From: Bacteroidia bacterium
GTDB taxonomy: Bacteria; Bacteroidota; Bacteroidia; 2-12-FULL-35-15
Assembly: GCA_030654175.1 (NCBI GenBank)
Contig: JAURXZ010000049.1
Coordinates: 92,334 to 156,333, forward strand
Reading direction: 5' to 3'
DNA: 64,000 bases
Of the stretch, positions 49,634 through 61,565 are shown piece after piece. Position 1 is the stretch's first letter; the number at the start of each line of letters is the position of its first letter. A program made the position numbers and the translations under genes. A model generated the notes under the pieces. It worked only from the letters and a program-made list of their open reading frames with translations, was not told the origin of the DNA and searched no databases.

Positions 49634-50002
49634 TTACAGAACTTCTGGAGCGAGTGAAATTATTTTCATAAATTGTTTATCTCTTAATTCGCGGGCAACT
49701 GGTCCGAAAATACGAGTTCCTCTTAGTTCGTCAGAAGCATTTAACAGAACTACTGCATTATCATCAAAACGAATGTATGAACCATCAGCACGTCTTACTT
49801 CTTTTCTGGTTCTTACTACTACTGCTTTTGAAACAGCACCCTTTTTGATATTACCTGATGCTAATGCATGTTTAACTGTTACTACTACTTTATCACCAAT
49901 AGAAGCATATCTTTTCTTTGTTCCGCCAAGTACGCGTATAACAAGTACTTCTTTTGCACCACTGTTATCTGCAACTAATAATCTTGATTCTTGTTGTACC
50001 AT
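49634..50002 (-). CDS. rplN: 50S ribosomal protein L14
   Basis: [18 protein letters not shown]-terminus. Confidence 0.95.
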   Translation of the reverse strand: MVQQESRLLVADNSGAKEVLVIRVLGGTKKRYASIGDKVVVTVKHALASGNIKKGAVSKAVVVRTRKEVRRADGSYIRFDDNAVVLLNASDELRGTRIFGPVARELRDKQFMKIISLAPEVL

Positions 50003-50118
50003 TTGTTTTATATTTCGGATTTCGGATTTTCGATGTCGGATTTATTCCTTATCGCTTCCTAAATCTATTGTTTTAATTTTAAAATCCGCAATCGCACATC
50101 CGCAATCCGTATTTTGTA

Positions 50119-50376
50119 TTATTTCACTTTCTCAAGAACTTCAACAAGTCTCCAGCATTTATTTTTGCTGATAGGGCGAGTTTCCATAATTTTCACAGTA
50201 TCACCAATACTGCAAGTGTTAGCTTCATCGTGGGCAACAAATTTAGTAGTTTTTTTTAGGAACTTACCATATTTCGGATGTTTTACTTTACGTTCAACTG
50301 AAACAACAATTGACTTATCCATTTTATTGCTGGTCACTAAACCAATTTTTTCTTTTCTTAAATTTCTATCTTCCAT
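50119..50376 (-). CDS. rpsQ: 30S ribosomal protein S17
   Basis: 85 aa OB-fold; [15 protein letters not shown]. Confidence 0.93.
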   Translation of the reverse strand: MEDRNLRKEKIGLVTSNKMDKSIVVSVERKVKHPKYGKFLKKTTKFVAHDEANTCSIGDTVKIMETRPISKNKCWRLVEVLEKVK

Positions 50377-50458
50377 TTTTGTTAGATTTAAGATTTAAGA
50401 TTCAAGATTCAGGATTTAAAACGTTACCGTCTTATATCTTGCGTCTTGCATCTCGCAT

Positions 50459-50662
50459 CTATTTTTTTGCTTCTGCTATTTCTCTCGTGCGAAGTTCGGT
50501 TTGTAATCTTGCTACTGTTTTTCTGCTGAAAGTAATTTTCAGTGGGTTTTCAATAGGGGACACTGCATGATTAAGCTTTAATTTAGCCAATGTGCCTTTT
50601 TCTTCTTTTACTCTCTCGCGAAGATCGCTTGTAGAAAGTTGTTTGATGTCTGCTTGGTTCAT
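50459..50662 (-). CDS. rpmC: 50S ribosomal protein L29
   Basis: 67 aa helical; position between rplP and rpsQ. Confidence 0.9.
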   Translation of the reverse strand: MNQADIKQLSTSDLRERVKEEKGTLAKLKLNHAVSPIENPLKITFSRKTVARLQTELRTREIAEAKK

Positions 50663-50698
50663 ATTATTTATTATAATAATTCTCTCAATTAATTTTTG

Positions 50699-51133
50699 TT
50701 AAGCACTTGCAACTTCAGCAGCGTAATCTCTTCTTACAACAAACTGGGTTGTTAATGGTAATTTCTGAGCTGCTAATCTTAATGCTTCTTTAGCAACTTC
50801 TACCGGTACACCATCTGCTTCGAAAATAACACGTCCTGGTTTTACCACGGCCACCCAATATTCAGGGGCTCCTTTACCTTTACCCATACGAACTTCGGCA
50901 GGTTTAGAGGTAATTGGTTTGTCAGGGAAAATACGGATCCAGATCTGACCTTCACGTTTCATGAAACGTGTTACTGCAACTCTGGCAGCTTCTATCTGGC
51001 GTGCTGTAACCCAGCAACCTTCTGTTGCCTTTAGCCCAAATGAACCGAATGAAAGTTGGTCGCCACGCTTAGCGTTGCCTTTCATTTTCATTTTGTGCAT
51101 TTTTCTGTATTTGGTTCTTTTAGGCTGTAACAT
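50699..51133 (-). CDS. rplP: 50S ribosomal protein L16
   Basis: [12 protein letters not shown]-terminus. Confidence 0.95.
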   Translation of the reverse strand: MLQPKRTKYRKMHKMKMKGNAKRGDQLSFGSFGLKATEGCWVTARQIEAARVAVTRFMKREGQIWIRIFPDKPITSKPAEVRMGKGKGAPEYWVAVVKPGRVIFEADGVPVEVAKEALRLAAQKLPLTTQFVVRRDYAAEVASA

Positions 51134-51211
51134 CTTTTCTTTCTTTATTTAGGATTTAGAATTTAGGATTTAGAATTTTTTAATTCCTTATTCCTTATTC
51201 CTTAATTTTTT

Positions 51212-52003
51212 TTATTTTCTTGGTTCTCTTCTTTTATCGTTTCTGTCGTTTCCACCTTTTGATGGTCCGCCTGGTCCACGTTTATCGAATTTTGGGTTTC
51301 CGCCTGTTGGTGGTCCACTTTTTTTACCATCTTTTGCTCCAACTGCAGAAGCTCCAACATTTGGTGATAAATCACGTTTACCATAGATCTCACCTTTGCA
51401 TATCCAAACTTTTACACCGATACGGCCATAAGTAGTATGTGCTTCACCAAGTGCATAATCAATATCAGCACGTAATGTATGTAATGGAGTACGACCTTCT
51501 TTATATCCTTCAACACGAGCCATCTCTGCACCAGCCAAACGACCGGAACATTTAACTTTGATACCTTCTGCACCCATGCGCATTGTTGAAGCTACCGCCA
51601 TTTTAACTGCTCTACGAAAAGAGATACGTCCTTCAATCTGACGAGCAATACTATCAGCAACTAAACGAGCATCTAATTCAGGACGTTTAATTTCAAAAAT
51701 ATTGATCTGGATATCTTTCTTAGTGATCTTTTTCAACTCTTCCTTGATCTTATCAACTTCCTGACCACCTTTGCCAATAATAATTCCGGGACGAGATGTG
51801 TTAATCGTAACAGTAATTATTTTTACTGTTCTTTCAATCACAATTTTTGAAATGCTGGCTTTCGCAAGACGAGCTTTCAAGTAAGTTCTGATTTTATGAT
51901 CTTCTACTAATTTGTCAGAAAAATTTTTTCCACCGTACCAGTTTGAATCCCATCCTTTAATGATGCCTAAACGTAAGCCTATTGGATTTGCTTTTTGTCC
52001 CAT
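51212..52003 (-). CDS. rpsC: 30S ribosomal protein S3, with Gly/Pro/Lys-rich C-terminal extension
   Basis: [14 protein letters not shown]-terminus. KH domain. About 45-aa low-complexity tail. Confidence 0.95.
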   Translation of the reverse strand: MGQKANPIGLRLGIIKGWDSNWYGGKNFSDKLVEDHKIRTYLKARLAKASISKIVIERTVKIITVTINTSRPGIIIGKGGQEVDKIKEELKKITKKDIQINIFEIKRPELDARLVADSIARQIEGRISFRRAVKMAVASTMRMGAEGIKVKCSGRLAGAEMARVEGYKEGRTPLHTLRADIDYALGEAHTTYGRIGVKVWICKGEIYGKRDLSPNVGASAVGAKDGKKSGPPTGGNPKFDKRGPGGPSKGGNDRNDKRREPRK

Positions 52004-52014
52004 TGAAAATATTA

Positions 52015-52446
52015 TTATTTAGATGTTTCTTCTTGTTTTTTACTGTCAACAACAATTTTTTTGCTGTCTACTATTAATGTAACGTGGTTAGAACGTTTTC
52101 TGATCCTGTTAGCACGACCTTGTGGAGCAGTTCTTAAACGCTTCATTTGAAGTGCACTATCAACAAAAACTTCTTTCACTACCAAGTTACTATCTTCAGG
52201 TTTTTGACCTGTTTTCGCTTCGAAATTTGAAATTGCTGATGTCAACAATTTCTCTAATCTTACAGAAGCTTCTTTTGGATTGAATTTCAAAATGTTCAAA
52301 GCCATATATACTTCTTTACCTCTGATAAGATCAGCTAGTAATCTCATTTTACGGGGAGATGTAGGGCAATTTTTCAAAACAGCAAAATATATGCTTTTGT
52401 TTGCCTCTTTCCGTGCGTCTGCTGCGTTCTTTTTTCTAACACCCAT
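52015..52446 (-). CDS. rplV: 50S ribosomal protein L22
   Basis: 143 aa; position between rpsS and rpsC. Confidence 0.92.
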   Translation of the reverse strand: MGVRKKNAADARKEANKSIYFAVLKNCPTSPRKMRLLADLIRGKEVYMALNILKFNPKEASVRLEKLLTSAISNFEAKTGQKPEDSNLVVKEVFVDSALQMKRLRTAPQGRANRIRKRSNHVTLIVDSKKIVVDSKKQEETSK

Positions 52447-52542
52447 TGTTATTTCTTGTATTTCGGATTTTGGTTTTCGAGTTTATTTCTAAATCGTTTC
52501 CTAAATCTATTATTTTTATTTCTGCTTAATCAGTTCTATATT

Positions 52543-52821
52543 TTATTTAGAAGCTTTATCTCTGTTACCAGAGTGACCTCTGAAAGTTCTGGTTGGTGCA
52601 AATTCACCGAATTTATGTCCTACCATATTTTCTGTTACATATACAGGAATAAATTTATTACCATTATGTACTGCTACTGTTAAACCTACGAATTCCGGAG
52701 AGATCATTGATCTGCGAGACCAGGTTTTGATTACTGTTTTTTTTCCTGATGCTTGTAGGTCGAGTAATCTCTTCTCTAACTTCCAATCGATAAAAGGACC
52801 TTTTTTTAATGAACGTGCCAT
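52543..52821 (-). CDS. rpsS: 30S ribosomal protein S19
   Basis: [13 protein letters not shown]-terminus. Confidence 0.95.
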   Translation of the reverse strand: MARSLKKGPFIDWKLEKRLLDLQASGKKTVIKTWSRRSMISPEFVGLTVAVHNGNKFIPVYVTENMVGHKFGEFAPTRTFRGHSGNRDKASK

Positions 52822-52882
52822 TTCTGTTGTTTTTTAGTTGTGAACCATTCCAAAAATGGAAGGGCCATTAAACTAGGTTAAA

Positions 52883-53707
52883 TTATTTCTTTCTTCCTTC
52901 TATAATGTATTTATTCGAAGCTTTTTTAGGGTAACGGGTTTTGAAACCTTTAGATGGTAAACCTTTGCGTGAACGAGGGTGACCTCCGGATGCTCTTCCT
53001 TCACCACCACCCATTGGGTGATCGACAGGATTCATTGCTACCGGACGAGTTCTCGGTCTGCGACCTTGCCAACGGCTACGTCCAGCTTTACCGCTGATCT
53101 CTAAATTATGATCAGCATTTGAAACAGCTCCAATTGTAGCCATACAAGTAATAAGTATCATACGCGTTTCGCCAGAAGGCATTTTAACTATCGCATATTT
53201 ACCATCTCTTGCGCTTAACTGTGCTGCAGATCCAGCACTACGTGCCATAATAGCACCTTGTCCCGGACGTAATTCAATATTATGGATTGTTGTACCTAAT
53301 GGAATATCAGATAGATACATTGCGTTACCTATAGAAGGGGTTGCATCTTTACCAGATACAATTTTTTGTCCAACAAGAAGTCCGGTTGGAGCAACAATAT
53401 AACGTTTTTCGCCATCAGCATAAACAACTAAAGCGATACGTGCAGTACGATTTGGATCGTACTCAATAGTTTTTACAGTTCCCGGTACACCAATTTTATC
53501 TCTTTTGAAATCGATAATACGGTATTGTTGTTTGTGACCACCACCGATATAACGCATTGTCATTTTACCTGTGTTATCACGTCCACCCGATTTTTTTATC
53601 GGAACCAATAAACTCTTTTCAGGTTTACCTGCAGTAATATCAGCGTTATCACTAACTAATTTAAAACGTTGCCCCGGTGTTAAGGGTCTTAATTTCTTTA
53701 AAGCCAT
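52883..53707 (-). CDS. rplB: 50S ribosomal protein L2
   Basis: 274 aa; conserved ...[14 protein letters not shown]. Confidence 0.95.
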   Translation of the reverse strand: MALKKLRPLTPGQRFKLVSDNADITAGKPEKSLLVPIKKSGGRDNTGKMTMRYIGGGHKQQYRIIDFKRDKIGVPGTVKTIEYDPNRTARIALVVYADGEKRYIVAPTGLLVGQKIVSGKDATPSIGNAMYLSDIPLGTTIHNIELRPGQGAIMARSAGSAAQLSARDGKYAIVKMPSGETRMILITCMATIGAVSNADHNLEISGKAGRSRWQGRRPRTRPVAMNPVDHPMGGGEGRASGGHPRSRKGLPSKGFKTRYPKKASNKYIIEGRKK

Positions 53708-53759
53708 CTCAGTTTATTTTATTATCACCCCGACTGCTCGGGGTATAGTTACTTTTCTA

Positions 53760-54050
53760 TTAAATGCTTGCGTAAAAATCAATTGTTTCTCCTTTTTTAA
53801 GAGTAACAATAGCTCTTTTATGTTGATTGGTTCTACCAATTGCAATTCCTTTTGTTGTATTACGGGTTTTTACTTTACCAACGTAATTTTGTGTATTAAC
53901 TGAATCAACAGTAACACTGTAAAGTTTCTCAACAGCTCCTTTAATCTGAACTTTGTTAGCTGTTTTATTTACAACAAATCCATAGCGATTAAATTTATCG
54001 CCCTGGGCTGTCATTTTTTCGGTTATAACCGGTTTAATTATTATGCTCAT
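53760..54050 (-). CDS. rplW: 50S ribosomal protein L23
   Basis: 96 aa; position between rplD and rplB. Confidence 0.92.
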   Translation of the reverse strand: MSIIIKPVITEKMTAQGDKFNRYGFVVNKTANKVQIKGAVEKLYSVTVDSVNTQNYVGKVKTRNTTKGIAIGRTNQHKRAIVTLKKGETIDFYASI

Positions 54051-54155
54051 CTTTTTTATTTGTTGATCCAGTTAATTGCAGAATTTATGATTTTTTCGGA
54101 TTTTTTTATTAAATCTTTTAATTTCTAAATCTTCAATTTTCTAACTCTTTTTTAA

Positions 54156-54785
54156 TTAATTGCCTAATAAACTCTCAATTTCCTTTACTGAACTTTCTAC
54201 AAGCAAAAGATTATTTGCATTCAAAATATCGTAAGTGTTTAAATCCGAAGCAGTTACAACTTTTGCGTTGCCTATATTTCGGGAGGACAAATATATGTTT
54301 TTATTTGATTCCCCCAACACTAATAAGGTTTTTTTATCTGAAAGCTTTAAATTATTTATCAAATCAGCATATTTTTGTGTTTTAGGAGAGTCAAAAATGA
54401 AATCTTCTAAAATTGTGATATTGCTTTCTTTTGCTTTATAAGTTAAAGCTGATATACGAGCTAAACGTTTTAGTTTTTTATTCAACTTAAAAGAGTAATC
54501 TCTTGGACGAGGACCGAATGCTCTACCTCCACCAACTCTAGTTGGAGATTTATCGTTACCAACACGTGCACCACCGGTACCTTTTTGTTTCTTTAATTTT
54601 TTAGACGAACCTCTAACTTCAGCTCTTTCTTTTGATTTGTGTGTTCCCTGACGTTTATTAGCTAAATGTTGTTTAACATCTAAATAAATGGCATGGTCAT
54701 TTGGGTCGATAGCAAAGATTGCATCGTTTAGGCTAACTTTCTTTGAAGTTGCTTTACCGCTTATATTTAATACTGATACTTCCAT
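54156..54785 (-). CDS. rplD: 50S ribosomal protein L4 (start moved to internal Met [11 protein letters not shown])
   Basis: The ORF-track N-terminal 27 aa is atypical. The internal Met gives a canonical ~209-aa L4. Confidence 0.9.
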   Translation of the reverse strand: MEVSVLNISGKATSKKVSLNDAIFAIDPNDHAIYLDVKQHLANKRQGTHKSKERAEVRGSSKKLKKQKGTGGARVGNDKSPTRVGGGRAFGPRPRDYSFKLNKKLKRLARISALTYKAKESNITILEDFIFDSPKTQKYADLINNLKLSDKKTLLVLGESNKNIYLSSRNIGNAKVVTASDLNTYDILNANNLLLVESSVKEIESLLGN

Positions 54786-54869
54786 TGTTAATTGTTGTGT
54801 TTTGTAGAATTGTTGAATTATTGATTTTTCTGATTCCCGGTTTGAGCCTGAAATTTTAAAATTCAAAAA

Positions 54870-55487
54870 TTATTTTTCAATTGTAACGTATGAACCTTTT
54901 GCACCTGCGATAGAACCTTTAATAATAATAAGGTTTTTCTCAGCAATTACTTTAATTACTTCTAAATTTTGAATAGTAACACGGTCACCACCCATTCTTC
55001 CACCCATTCTCATTCCTTTGAATACGCGGGAAGGCCAAGATGATGCACCTAAAGATCCAGGGGCACGTAAACGATCATGCTGACCGTGAGTAGTACCACC
55101 TACACCACCAAAACCATGACGTTTTACAACACCTTGAAAACCTTTACCTTTAGAAGTTCCAACGATATCAACGAAATCGCCTTCGGCAAATAAGTCAACA
55201 GTTACTGCTTCACCAAGAGTTTTTTCGGTTGCAAAGTCTTTGAATTCAACAATTTTACGTTTAGGAGTAGTACCTGCTTTAGCAAAATGACCTTTCATTG
55301 CAGAAGAAGTGTTTTTTTCTTTCTTCTCATCATAAGCCAATTGTACTGAAGCGTATCCGTCTTTCTCCAAGGTTTTTACTTGCGTAACCACGCAAGGACC
55401 GGCCTCAATAACTGTGCATGGCATATATTTACCATTGGCACTGAAGACACTAGTCATTCCAACTTTTTTACCTATTATTCCAGACAT
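54870..55487 (-). CDS. rplC: 50S ribosomal protein L3
   Basis: [13 protein letters not shown]-terminus. Confidence 0.95.
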   Translation of the reverse strand: MSGIIGKKVGMTSVFSANGKYMPCTVIEAGPCVVTQVKTLEKDGYASVQLAYDEKKEKNTSSAMKGHFAKAGTTPKRKIVEFKDFATEKTLGEAVTVDLFAEGDFVDIVGTSKGKGFQGVVKRHGFGGVGGTTHGQHDRLRAPGSLGASSWPSRVFKGMRMGGRMGGDRVTIQNLEVIKVIAEKNLIIIKGSIAGAKGSYVTIEK

Positions 55488-55608
55488 TTTAATATATTTT
55501 TGATTTATTGATATTTTGTTTGTTAAATTTTTGATTAGATAATCTCTGATCCTACAAACACTTTAATTCTATTTATTATTTAATTGACACAAGTCAACTC
55601 CTTGATTA

Positions 55609-55917
55609 TTAGGAAGCTTTGATCTCAACTTCAACACCACTTGGTAACTCAAGTTTCATTAGCGCATCTACTGTTTTTGAAGTAGAGTTGTAAATGTCTA
55701 ACAATCTTTTGTAAGAACACAACTGAAATTGCTCACGTGCTTTTTTGTTAACGTGTGGGGAACGTAAAACAGTGTAGATTTTTTTGTGAGTTGGCAATGG
55801 AATCGGTCCACTAACAACGGCACCCGTTAATTTTACAGTTTTAACAATTTTCTCTGCTGACTTGTCAACTAGGTTGAAGTCGTAAGATTTTAATTTGATT
55901 CTGATTTTCTGGCTCAT
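55609..55917 (-). CDS. rpsJ: 30S ribosomal protein S10 (start at internal Met [13 protein letters not shown])
   Basis: The longer ORF would overlap the fusA 3' end. The internal Met gives a canonical 102-aa S10. Confidence 0.92.
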   Translation of the reverse strand: MSQKIRIKLKSYDFNLVDKSAEKIVKTVKLTGAVVSGPIPLPTHKKIYTVLRSPHVNKKAREQFQLCSYKRLLDIYNSTSKTVDALMKLELPSGVEVEIKAS

Positions 55918-55945
55918 AGTTATTATAATAAAGAACGTTAAAATA

Positions 55946-58066
55946 TTATACTTTTTCTGCTTTTCCTTTAGCTTTTGCAATTACTTCATCTGCTGTATTA
56001 CGCGGAGCTTCTGCATAATGAGAAAATTCCATTGTTGAAGTAGCACGTCCGGAAGTAATTGTACGTAAGGTTGTAACATAACCAAACATTTCCGACAAAG
56101 GCACTTTAGCTTTGATTACCTGAGAACCAGCTCTGGTATCCATACCTTCTATCATACCTCTGCGTTTGTTCAAATCACCTACTACATCACCCATGTTGTG
56201 CTCCGGAGTAAGAACTTCTACTTTCATAATAGGCTCTAATAATACAGGTTTTGCTTTTGGCATAGCCTCACGGAAAGCGGAACGTGCACAAATTTCAAAG
56301 GATAAAGCATCCGAATCCACATTGTGGTAAGAACCATCCAATAAACGAACTTTTAAAGTATCAACCGGGTAACCAGCTAATACACCGTTTACCATTGCTG
56401 ATTTAAAGCCTTTTTCAACGGCTGGGATAAATTCACGAGGAATGTTACCACCTGAAATTTCATTTATAAATTGCAATCCACCTGCTTTGGTTGTTGTATC
56501 AAAATCAGCATCTACTGGAGAGATAACAACTTGTATATCAGCAAATTTACCACGTCCACCAGATTGTTTTTTGTAAACTTCGCGGTGAGAAACAGTACCA
56601 TTAATAGTTTCTTTGTAAGAAACCTGAGGAGGACCTTGGTTCACCTCTACTTTAAATTCTCTTCTTAAACGATCAACAATGATCTCCAAGTGAAGCTCAC
56701 CCATACCACTTATAATGGTTTGTCCGCTATCACTATCCGTTTTAACACGGAAGGTTGGATCTTCTTCTGCTAATTTAGATAAACCATTACCTAATCTATC
56801 TAAGTCAGCTTGAGTTTTTGGCTCAATAGCAACACCGATAACAGGCTCAGGGAAATTCATCGACTCAAGAATGATCGGAAATTTCTCGTCACAAAGTGTA
56901 TCTCCTGTTTTGATATCTTTAAATCCTACTGCTGCACCGATGTCTCCCGCTTCAATAGCATCAATTGCATTTTGTTTATTAGCATGCATTTGGAAGATAC
57001 GTGAAATACGTTCTTTATTGCCGCTACGAGTATTAAACACATAAGAGCCAGCATCTAAACGACCAGCATAAACACGGAAGAAACACAAACGACCAACGAA
57101 AGGATCGGTTGCAATTTTAAATGCTAATGCAGTAAAAGGTTCTTTAACATCTGGTTTACGGGAAATTTCTTCGCCCGTATCAGGGTGGGTTCCTTTTGTA
57201 TTTTCTTTATCCATTGGGCTTGGCATTAATTCCATTACCAAGTCTAACATTGTTTGAACACCTTTATTTTTAAAAGCTGATCCACAAACCATTGGAACAA
57301 TTTTATTAGCGATACATGCTTTACGAAGAGCTGTTAATATTTCTAATTCAGTGATTGAATTAGGGTCTTCGAAAAATTTCTCCATGATGGCATCATCAAA
57401 TTCGGAGATCGCTTCCAGTAATTTTTCTCTCCACACTTTTGCTTCTTCAAGCATATCGGCAGGAATAGGAATTACTTTATAAGTCATCCCCTGATCATGC
57501 TCATTCCACTCAATTCCACGGAAGTTGATCAAATCAACAACCCCAACAAATGTTTCTTCAGCACCAATTGGTAATTGTAAAGGAATTGGATTTCCACCCA
57601 ACACTTCTTTCACCTGAGCTACAACCTTTAAAAAATCTGCACCCGAACGGTCCATTTTATTTACAAACCCTATACGGGTTACGTTATAGTTATTCGCTAA
57701 ACGCCAGTTAGTTTCTGATTGAGGCTCAACACCATCAACAGCAGAAAATAAAAACACTAAACCATCAAGGATACGTAATGAGCGATTCACCTCAACTGTA
57801 AAGTCAACGTGGCCCGGGGTATCAATAATGTTTACTTTGTATTGTTCGTTCTTGTACTTCCAAAAACAAGTGGTAGCTGCAGAAGTGATTGTTATACCAC
57901 GTTCTTGCTCTTGTACCATCCAGTCCATTGTAGCAGCACCATCATGTACTTCACCAATTTTGTGATTAACTCCGGTGTAATATAGAATACGCTCAGTACA
58001 GGTAGTTTTACCTGCATCAATGTGAGCTGCAATTCCAATATTTCTTGTATATCTTAAATCTGCCAT
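55946..58066 (-). CDS. fusA: Elongation factor G
   Basis: GTPase G1 [10 protein letters not shown]3 DTPGHVDF, G4 NKMD. 706 aa. Confidence 0.97.
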   Translation of the reverse strand: MADLRYTRNIGIAAHIDAGKTTCTERILYYTGVNHKIGEVHDGAATMDWMVQEQERGITITSAATTCFWKYKNEQYKVNIIDTPGHVDFTVEVNRSLRILDGLVFLFSAVDGVEPQSETNWRLANNYNVTRIGFVNKMDRSGADFLKVVAQVKEVLGGNPIPLQLPIGAEETFVGVVDLINFRGIEWNEHDQGMTYKVIPIPADMLEEAKVWREKLLEAISEFDDAIMEKFFEDPNSITELEILTALRKACIANKIVPMVCGSAFKNKGVQTMLDLVMELMPSPMDKENTKGTHPDTGEEISRKPDVKEPFTALAFKIATDPFVGRLCFFRVYAGRLDAGSYVFNTRSGNKERISRIFQMHANKQNAIDAIEAGDIGAAVGFKDIKTGDTLCDEKFPIILESMNFPEPVIGVAIEPKTQADLDRLGNGLSKLAEEDPTFRVKTDSDSGQTIISGMGELHLEIIVDRLRREFKVEVNQGPPQVSYKETINGTVSHREVYKKQSGGRGKFADIQVVISPVDADFDTTTKAGGLQFINEISGGNIPREFIPAVEKGFKSAMVNGVLAGYPVDTLKVRLLDGSYHNVDSDALSFEICARSAFREAMPKAKPVLLEPIMKVEVLTPEHNMGDVVGDLNKRRGMIEGMDTRAGSQVIKAKVPLSEMFGYVTTLRTITSGRATSTMEFSHYAEAPRNTADEVIAKAKGKAEKV

Positions 58067-58175
58067 TTTGTTTAGTTGATAGTTGTTAGTTTATAATTGT
58101 TAGTTCTTGTTTTTTTGTTGTTGGTTATCTTCTATCAACCATCAACAGTTAACTAACAATTATTAACTTTATTTG

Positions 58176-58643
58176 TTAGAATCTAAAGTGTGAAAATGCT
58201 TTGTTAGCTTCTGCCATTTTATGAACATCTTCTTTCTTTTTGAAAGCGGCTCCTTCTTCTTTAGCAGCTGCGATAATTTCACCTGCTAATTTAGCACTCA
58301 TGGATTTTTCATTTCTCTTGCGAGCATATAAAATCATCCATTTAATACCCATTGACGTTTTTCTTTCCGGACGGATCTCAGAAGGAATCTGAAAAGTAGC
58401 TCCACCAACTCTACGGCTACGAACCTCAACTGCCGGTGTGATATTACTCAATGCTTTTTTAAACATTTCAAGTCCGTCTTGTTCTGTTCTTTTCTTTATG
58501 ATCTCAATAGCATCATAAAAAACATCATAAGATGTACTTTTTTTACCATCGTACATTAGATTGTTTACAAAACGAGTAACGAGCATGTCGTTAAATTTCG
58601 GATCAGGTAACAGAATTCTCTTTTTTGCTTTACTTTTTCTCAT
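58176..58643 (-). CDS. rpsG: 30S ribosomal protein S7
   Basis: [18 protein letters not shown]-terminus. Confidence 0.95.
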   Translation of the reverse strand: MRKSKAKKRILLPDPKFNDMLVTRFVNNLMYDGKKSTSYDVFYDAIEIIKKRTEQDGLEMFKKALSNITPAVEVRSRRVGGATFQIPSEIRPERKTSMGIKWMILYARKRNEKSMSAKLAGEIIAAAKEEGAAFKKKEDVHKMAEANKAFSHFRF

Positions 58644-58721
58644 TGCTTATTAAGTTTGGAGCCGGGAGTTTGGAGTTGGGAGTTTTTCTCCTTTCCACTC
58701 TCGCTTCTCAGTTCTCTTTTC

Positions 58722-59138
58722 TTATTTCTTTTTACCTGCAGCTGCTGGTGCAGCTCCTTTAGCTCCTGGCTTCGGTTTTTTAGTTCCGTATTTAGAGCGT
58801 CTTTGATTACGACCTGCAACACCTGAAGTATCCAATGCACCACGAACGATGTGGTAACGAACACCCGGTAAATCTTTTACTCTACCACCACGAATTAATA
58901 CAATAGAGTGCTCTTGCAAGTTATGTCCCTCTCCCGGAATGTAAGCATTCACTTCTTTTTTGTTGGTTAACCTTACCCTTGCAACTTTTCTCATTGCGGA
59001 GTTTGGTTTTTTAGGAGTTGTTGTGTAAACACGAATACATACTCCACGTTTTTGAGGACATGATTCTAGTGCTGCTGACTTGCTTTTGTTAGCCGCTTTT
59101 ACTCTTCCTTTACGAACTAATTGCGATATAGTAGGCAT
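58722..59138 (-). CDS. rpsL: 30S ribosomal protein S12 (start at internal Met [12 protein letters not shown]), with Lys/Ala-rich C-terminal tail
   Basis: Canonical S12 N-terminus; 138 aa including a ~15-aa basic tail. Confidence 0.93.
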   Translation of the reverse strand: MPTISQLVRKGRVKAANKSKSAALESCPQKRGVCIRVYTTTPKKPNSAMRKVARVRLTNKKEVNAYIPGEGHNLQEHSIVLIRGGRVKDLPGVRYHIVRGALDTSGVAGRNQRRSKYGTKKPKPGAKGAAPAAAGKKK

Positions 59139-59719
59139 TATTTTTTGTATTAAATTTTTATCAATTCTTTTGTGAATAAACACAACTCCCCTTTTTTAGG
59201 GAGGGCAAAGATATGAAATATTTGTTATAAACAATGGCAGTTTGAAAAAAAATCAATTATTTTCAAATTTGTTTGTCCATAATATCGAAAAAATGTTGAA
59301 AATCGAATATTAATAACAGTTTAGCGGGTTTTTAGAAGTGGATCAAAATCTTTCAAAATCCGATAATTTTGCTGTTTTTAAGATTTTTTTTTACCGTTGC
59401 CCGACAAATTGGTACATTTTTTTATTTTTTTGCATAAACAGATCCAAAGATATTGTTTAAAATATTCCCCAAAGGGGCAGTGCATAAAATTTGAAGCATT
59501 GCTCATGAAAATACAATTATAACTTTGGCTGTAGATTATCAGAATTTGAAAAAACAGATTTGTTTTTCCTAGACTAAAAATTACAGTTTTTGTAATTTTA
59601 GTGTATTACCTGTGTACTTATCTTGAGGGCGATATGAATAAAAGGTGGTGAATTAAAAAAAGTAAGTTGTTCGGAAATTTCTGGAGGTTAATTAAAAGGT
59701 AAAAAAATAGAATTATTGC

Positions 59720-60409
59720 TTAATTCAATAATTCTATTCTATTCATTAAATCTTTTTGTTTAGCTCTGCTAATAGGAACAGTTTGTTTGCCAATATATAG
59801 ATTGTTGCCTTCAATTGAAGAAATTTTGTCAACTCTTACAATATATGAATTATGAACACGTATATAGTCGTTTTTGGGAAGTTTATTTAAAACATCCTTC
59901 ATTGTTGAATGGACAATATATTTTTGTTTTAGGGTATGAACAGCAATATAATCGGCTAATGCTTCAATTAAAAAGATATCTTCCATATTGATCTTAACTA
60001 AAATGGAATTGAATTTTACAAAAAACGTATCTTTGGGTTTTTCATTTTCCTTGTCACCGGTTAGTTTTTTTGCTTTTGAAACAGCTCTTAGAAATCGCGA
60101 ATGAGTGATAGGTTTTACAATAAAATCGCATACTTCAAAATCAAAAGCTTCGGCAGCAAATTCTTTGTTAGCGGTAATCATAATTACCAGAGGTTTCTCC
60201 CCTTCCAGTGTTTTTAGGAACTCCATGCCTGACATTCCTGGCATCATCACATCCAAAAATATTAAATCAATTTTTTCTTTTAACAAAATATTAGATGCTT
60301 CCAAAGCTGTGCTACAACTTTTTACAAGGTGCAATGCATCCGATTCCTTAACTAATGTTTCCATCAGGAATCTTATTTGGTCATCATCATCAACAATAAT
60401 ACAGTTCAT
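59720..60409 (-). CDS. LytTR-family response regulator (REC + LytTR DNA-binding domain)
   Basis: Receiver Asp context (DLIFLDVMMPGMSG). C-terminal LytTR fold (IFLIEALADYIAVHT...RVHNSYIV). Confidence 0.85.
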   Translation of the reverse strand: MNCIIVDDDDQIRFLMETLVKESDALHLVKSCSTALEASNILLKEKIDLIFLDVMMPGMSGMEFLKTLEGEKPLVIMITANKEFAAEAFDFEVCDFIVKPITHSRFLRAVSKAKKLTGDKENEKPKDTFFVKFNSILVKINMEDIFLIEALADYIAVHTLKQKYIVHSTMKDVLNKLPKNDYIRVHNSYIVRVDKISSIEGNNLYIGKQTVPISRAKQKDLMNRIELLN

Positions 60410-60703
60410 TTCAGTTCAGAATTTAGATTTGAGTATCTTTCTTTTATTTTTTTCAAAATATATTTTGGAAAATTTAAGTTTTCCAGTATGCTAAACAAAA
60501 GTCAGCCGATTGAAAAATACGGTGGTGCATTTAAGCGGTGTGATTTTAAATTCAAGTAAATATTTATGTAAAAAATACTTTCCAAGAACGAAGTTATAAA
60601 AAAAGCATTTAAGTGTTTTAAAATATTTGGAAAATTTTTATGAATTTTGGTAATTTGCTTCCAAGGCTTTTTTGCCACAGATTTCATAGATTTGTTATTC
60701 CTA

Positions 60704-61084
60704 TCAGGCTATATTATAATTTTTTTCCAATTCTTCACTTAATTCTTTATTAGCCTGAAGTAATGAACTTTCAAGTTTTATCAATAAAGCCGGAATTAAA
60801 TCGGAATTCTCTTTTAGTTTAGCGTATTCTTCAATTTTTCGGGCAATATCCCTATATTCTTTTTGGATGCCCAAACAATCAAAATGAGAACCAATTTTGT
60901 GAGCATTATATTGTAATCCTGTCCAATCGGAATTTGAATGGTGCTTATTCAGTTCTTCAATAAAAACAGGAACTTGTTTCAAAAATAGTTGAATTACCTC
61001 CACCATAAATTTGGGGTTTTCGGGTGAAAGGCTTTTCAAATAATTTAAGTCATAAATTTTCATGGGCAAAATCATTTTAGTCAT
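60704..61084 (-). CDS. HPt (histidine phosphotransfer) domain protein, paralog 1
   Basis: About 126 aa, all-helical; NAHKIGSHFDCLGI phospho-His motif. Confidence 0.65.
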   Translation of the reverse strand: MTKMILPMKIYDLNYLKSLSPENPKFMVEVIQLFLKQVPVFIEELNKHHSNSDWTGLQYNAHKIGSHFDCLGIQKEYRDIARKIEEYAKLKENSDLIPALLIKLESSLLQANKELSEELEKNYNIA

Positions 61085-61457
61085 TAGTATCTTGCAGTTT
61101 TTTGTTTATTCCATAAGTACTCAACTCTTTTTCCAATTCAATATATGCCTGTAAAAGTATTGTTTCAAGTGTTAACACTAATCCTGGTATTAAATCAAAA
61201 TTTTCTTGCAACTTAGCATATTCTTCAATCTGTTTTGCTATATTTCCATAAACTTTTGGTATTCCCATGCAATTGATATCTGATCTTATCTTATGGGAAT
61301 GATGTTGTAAGCTGTTCCAATCCCCTGTTATTTTAAAATTTTTCATTGCTTCAATTGAAACCGGCACATTTTTCAAAAATAGTTGAATCATTTGTGTAAC
61401 AAATTTTTCATCATTTGGTGAAATACTTCTCAAATATTTGAAGTTGCAAAGTTCCAT
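61077..61457 (-). CDS. HPt (histidine phosphotransfer) domain protein, paralog 2 (tandem duplicate)
   Basis: HHSHKIRSDINCMGI motif. Clearly homologous to the adjacent ORF. Overlaps it by 8 bp. Confidence 0.65.
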   Translation of the reverse strand: MELCNFKYLRSISPNDEKFVTQMIQLFLKNVPVSIEAMKNFKITGDWNSLQHHSHKIRSDINCMGIPKVYGNIAKQIEEYAKLQENFDLIPGLVLTLETILLQAYIELEKELSTYGINKKLQDTND

Positions 61458-61565
61458 TGTAAAATGAATTTATTTATGAATTTACGAATCTAAGTTTTTT
61501 AATTTAAAGTATTGCCATTCTTTTTCTTTTAAAAGTAATATTTGTTCATTTTTCTAAAAAAAGCC

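Noticed and set aside
58640-58864. 74-aa minus-strand ORF overlapping the rpsL 3' end and the rpsL-rpsG spacer
   Set aside because: It runs out of frame across a conserved ribosomal protein gene. It has no motif support and is a shadow frame.
59184-59719. 530-bp gene-free region upstream of rpsL, scanned for tRNA or small RNA genes
   Set aside because: No cloverleaf-compatible sequence or GTTCGAATC-like T-arm was found. It is consistent with a long AT-rich str-operon promoter/leader.
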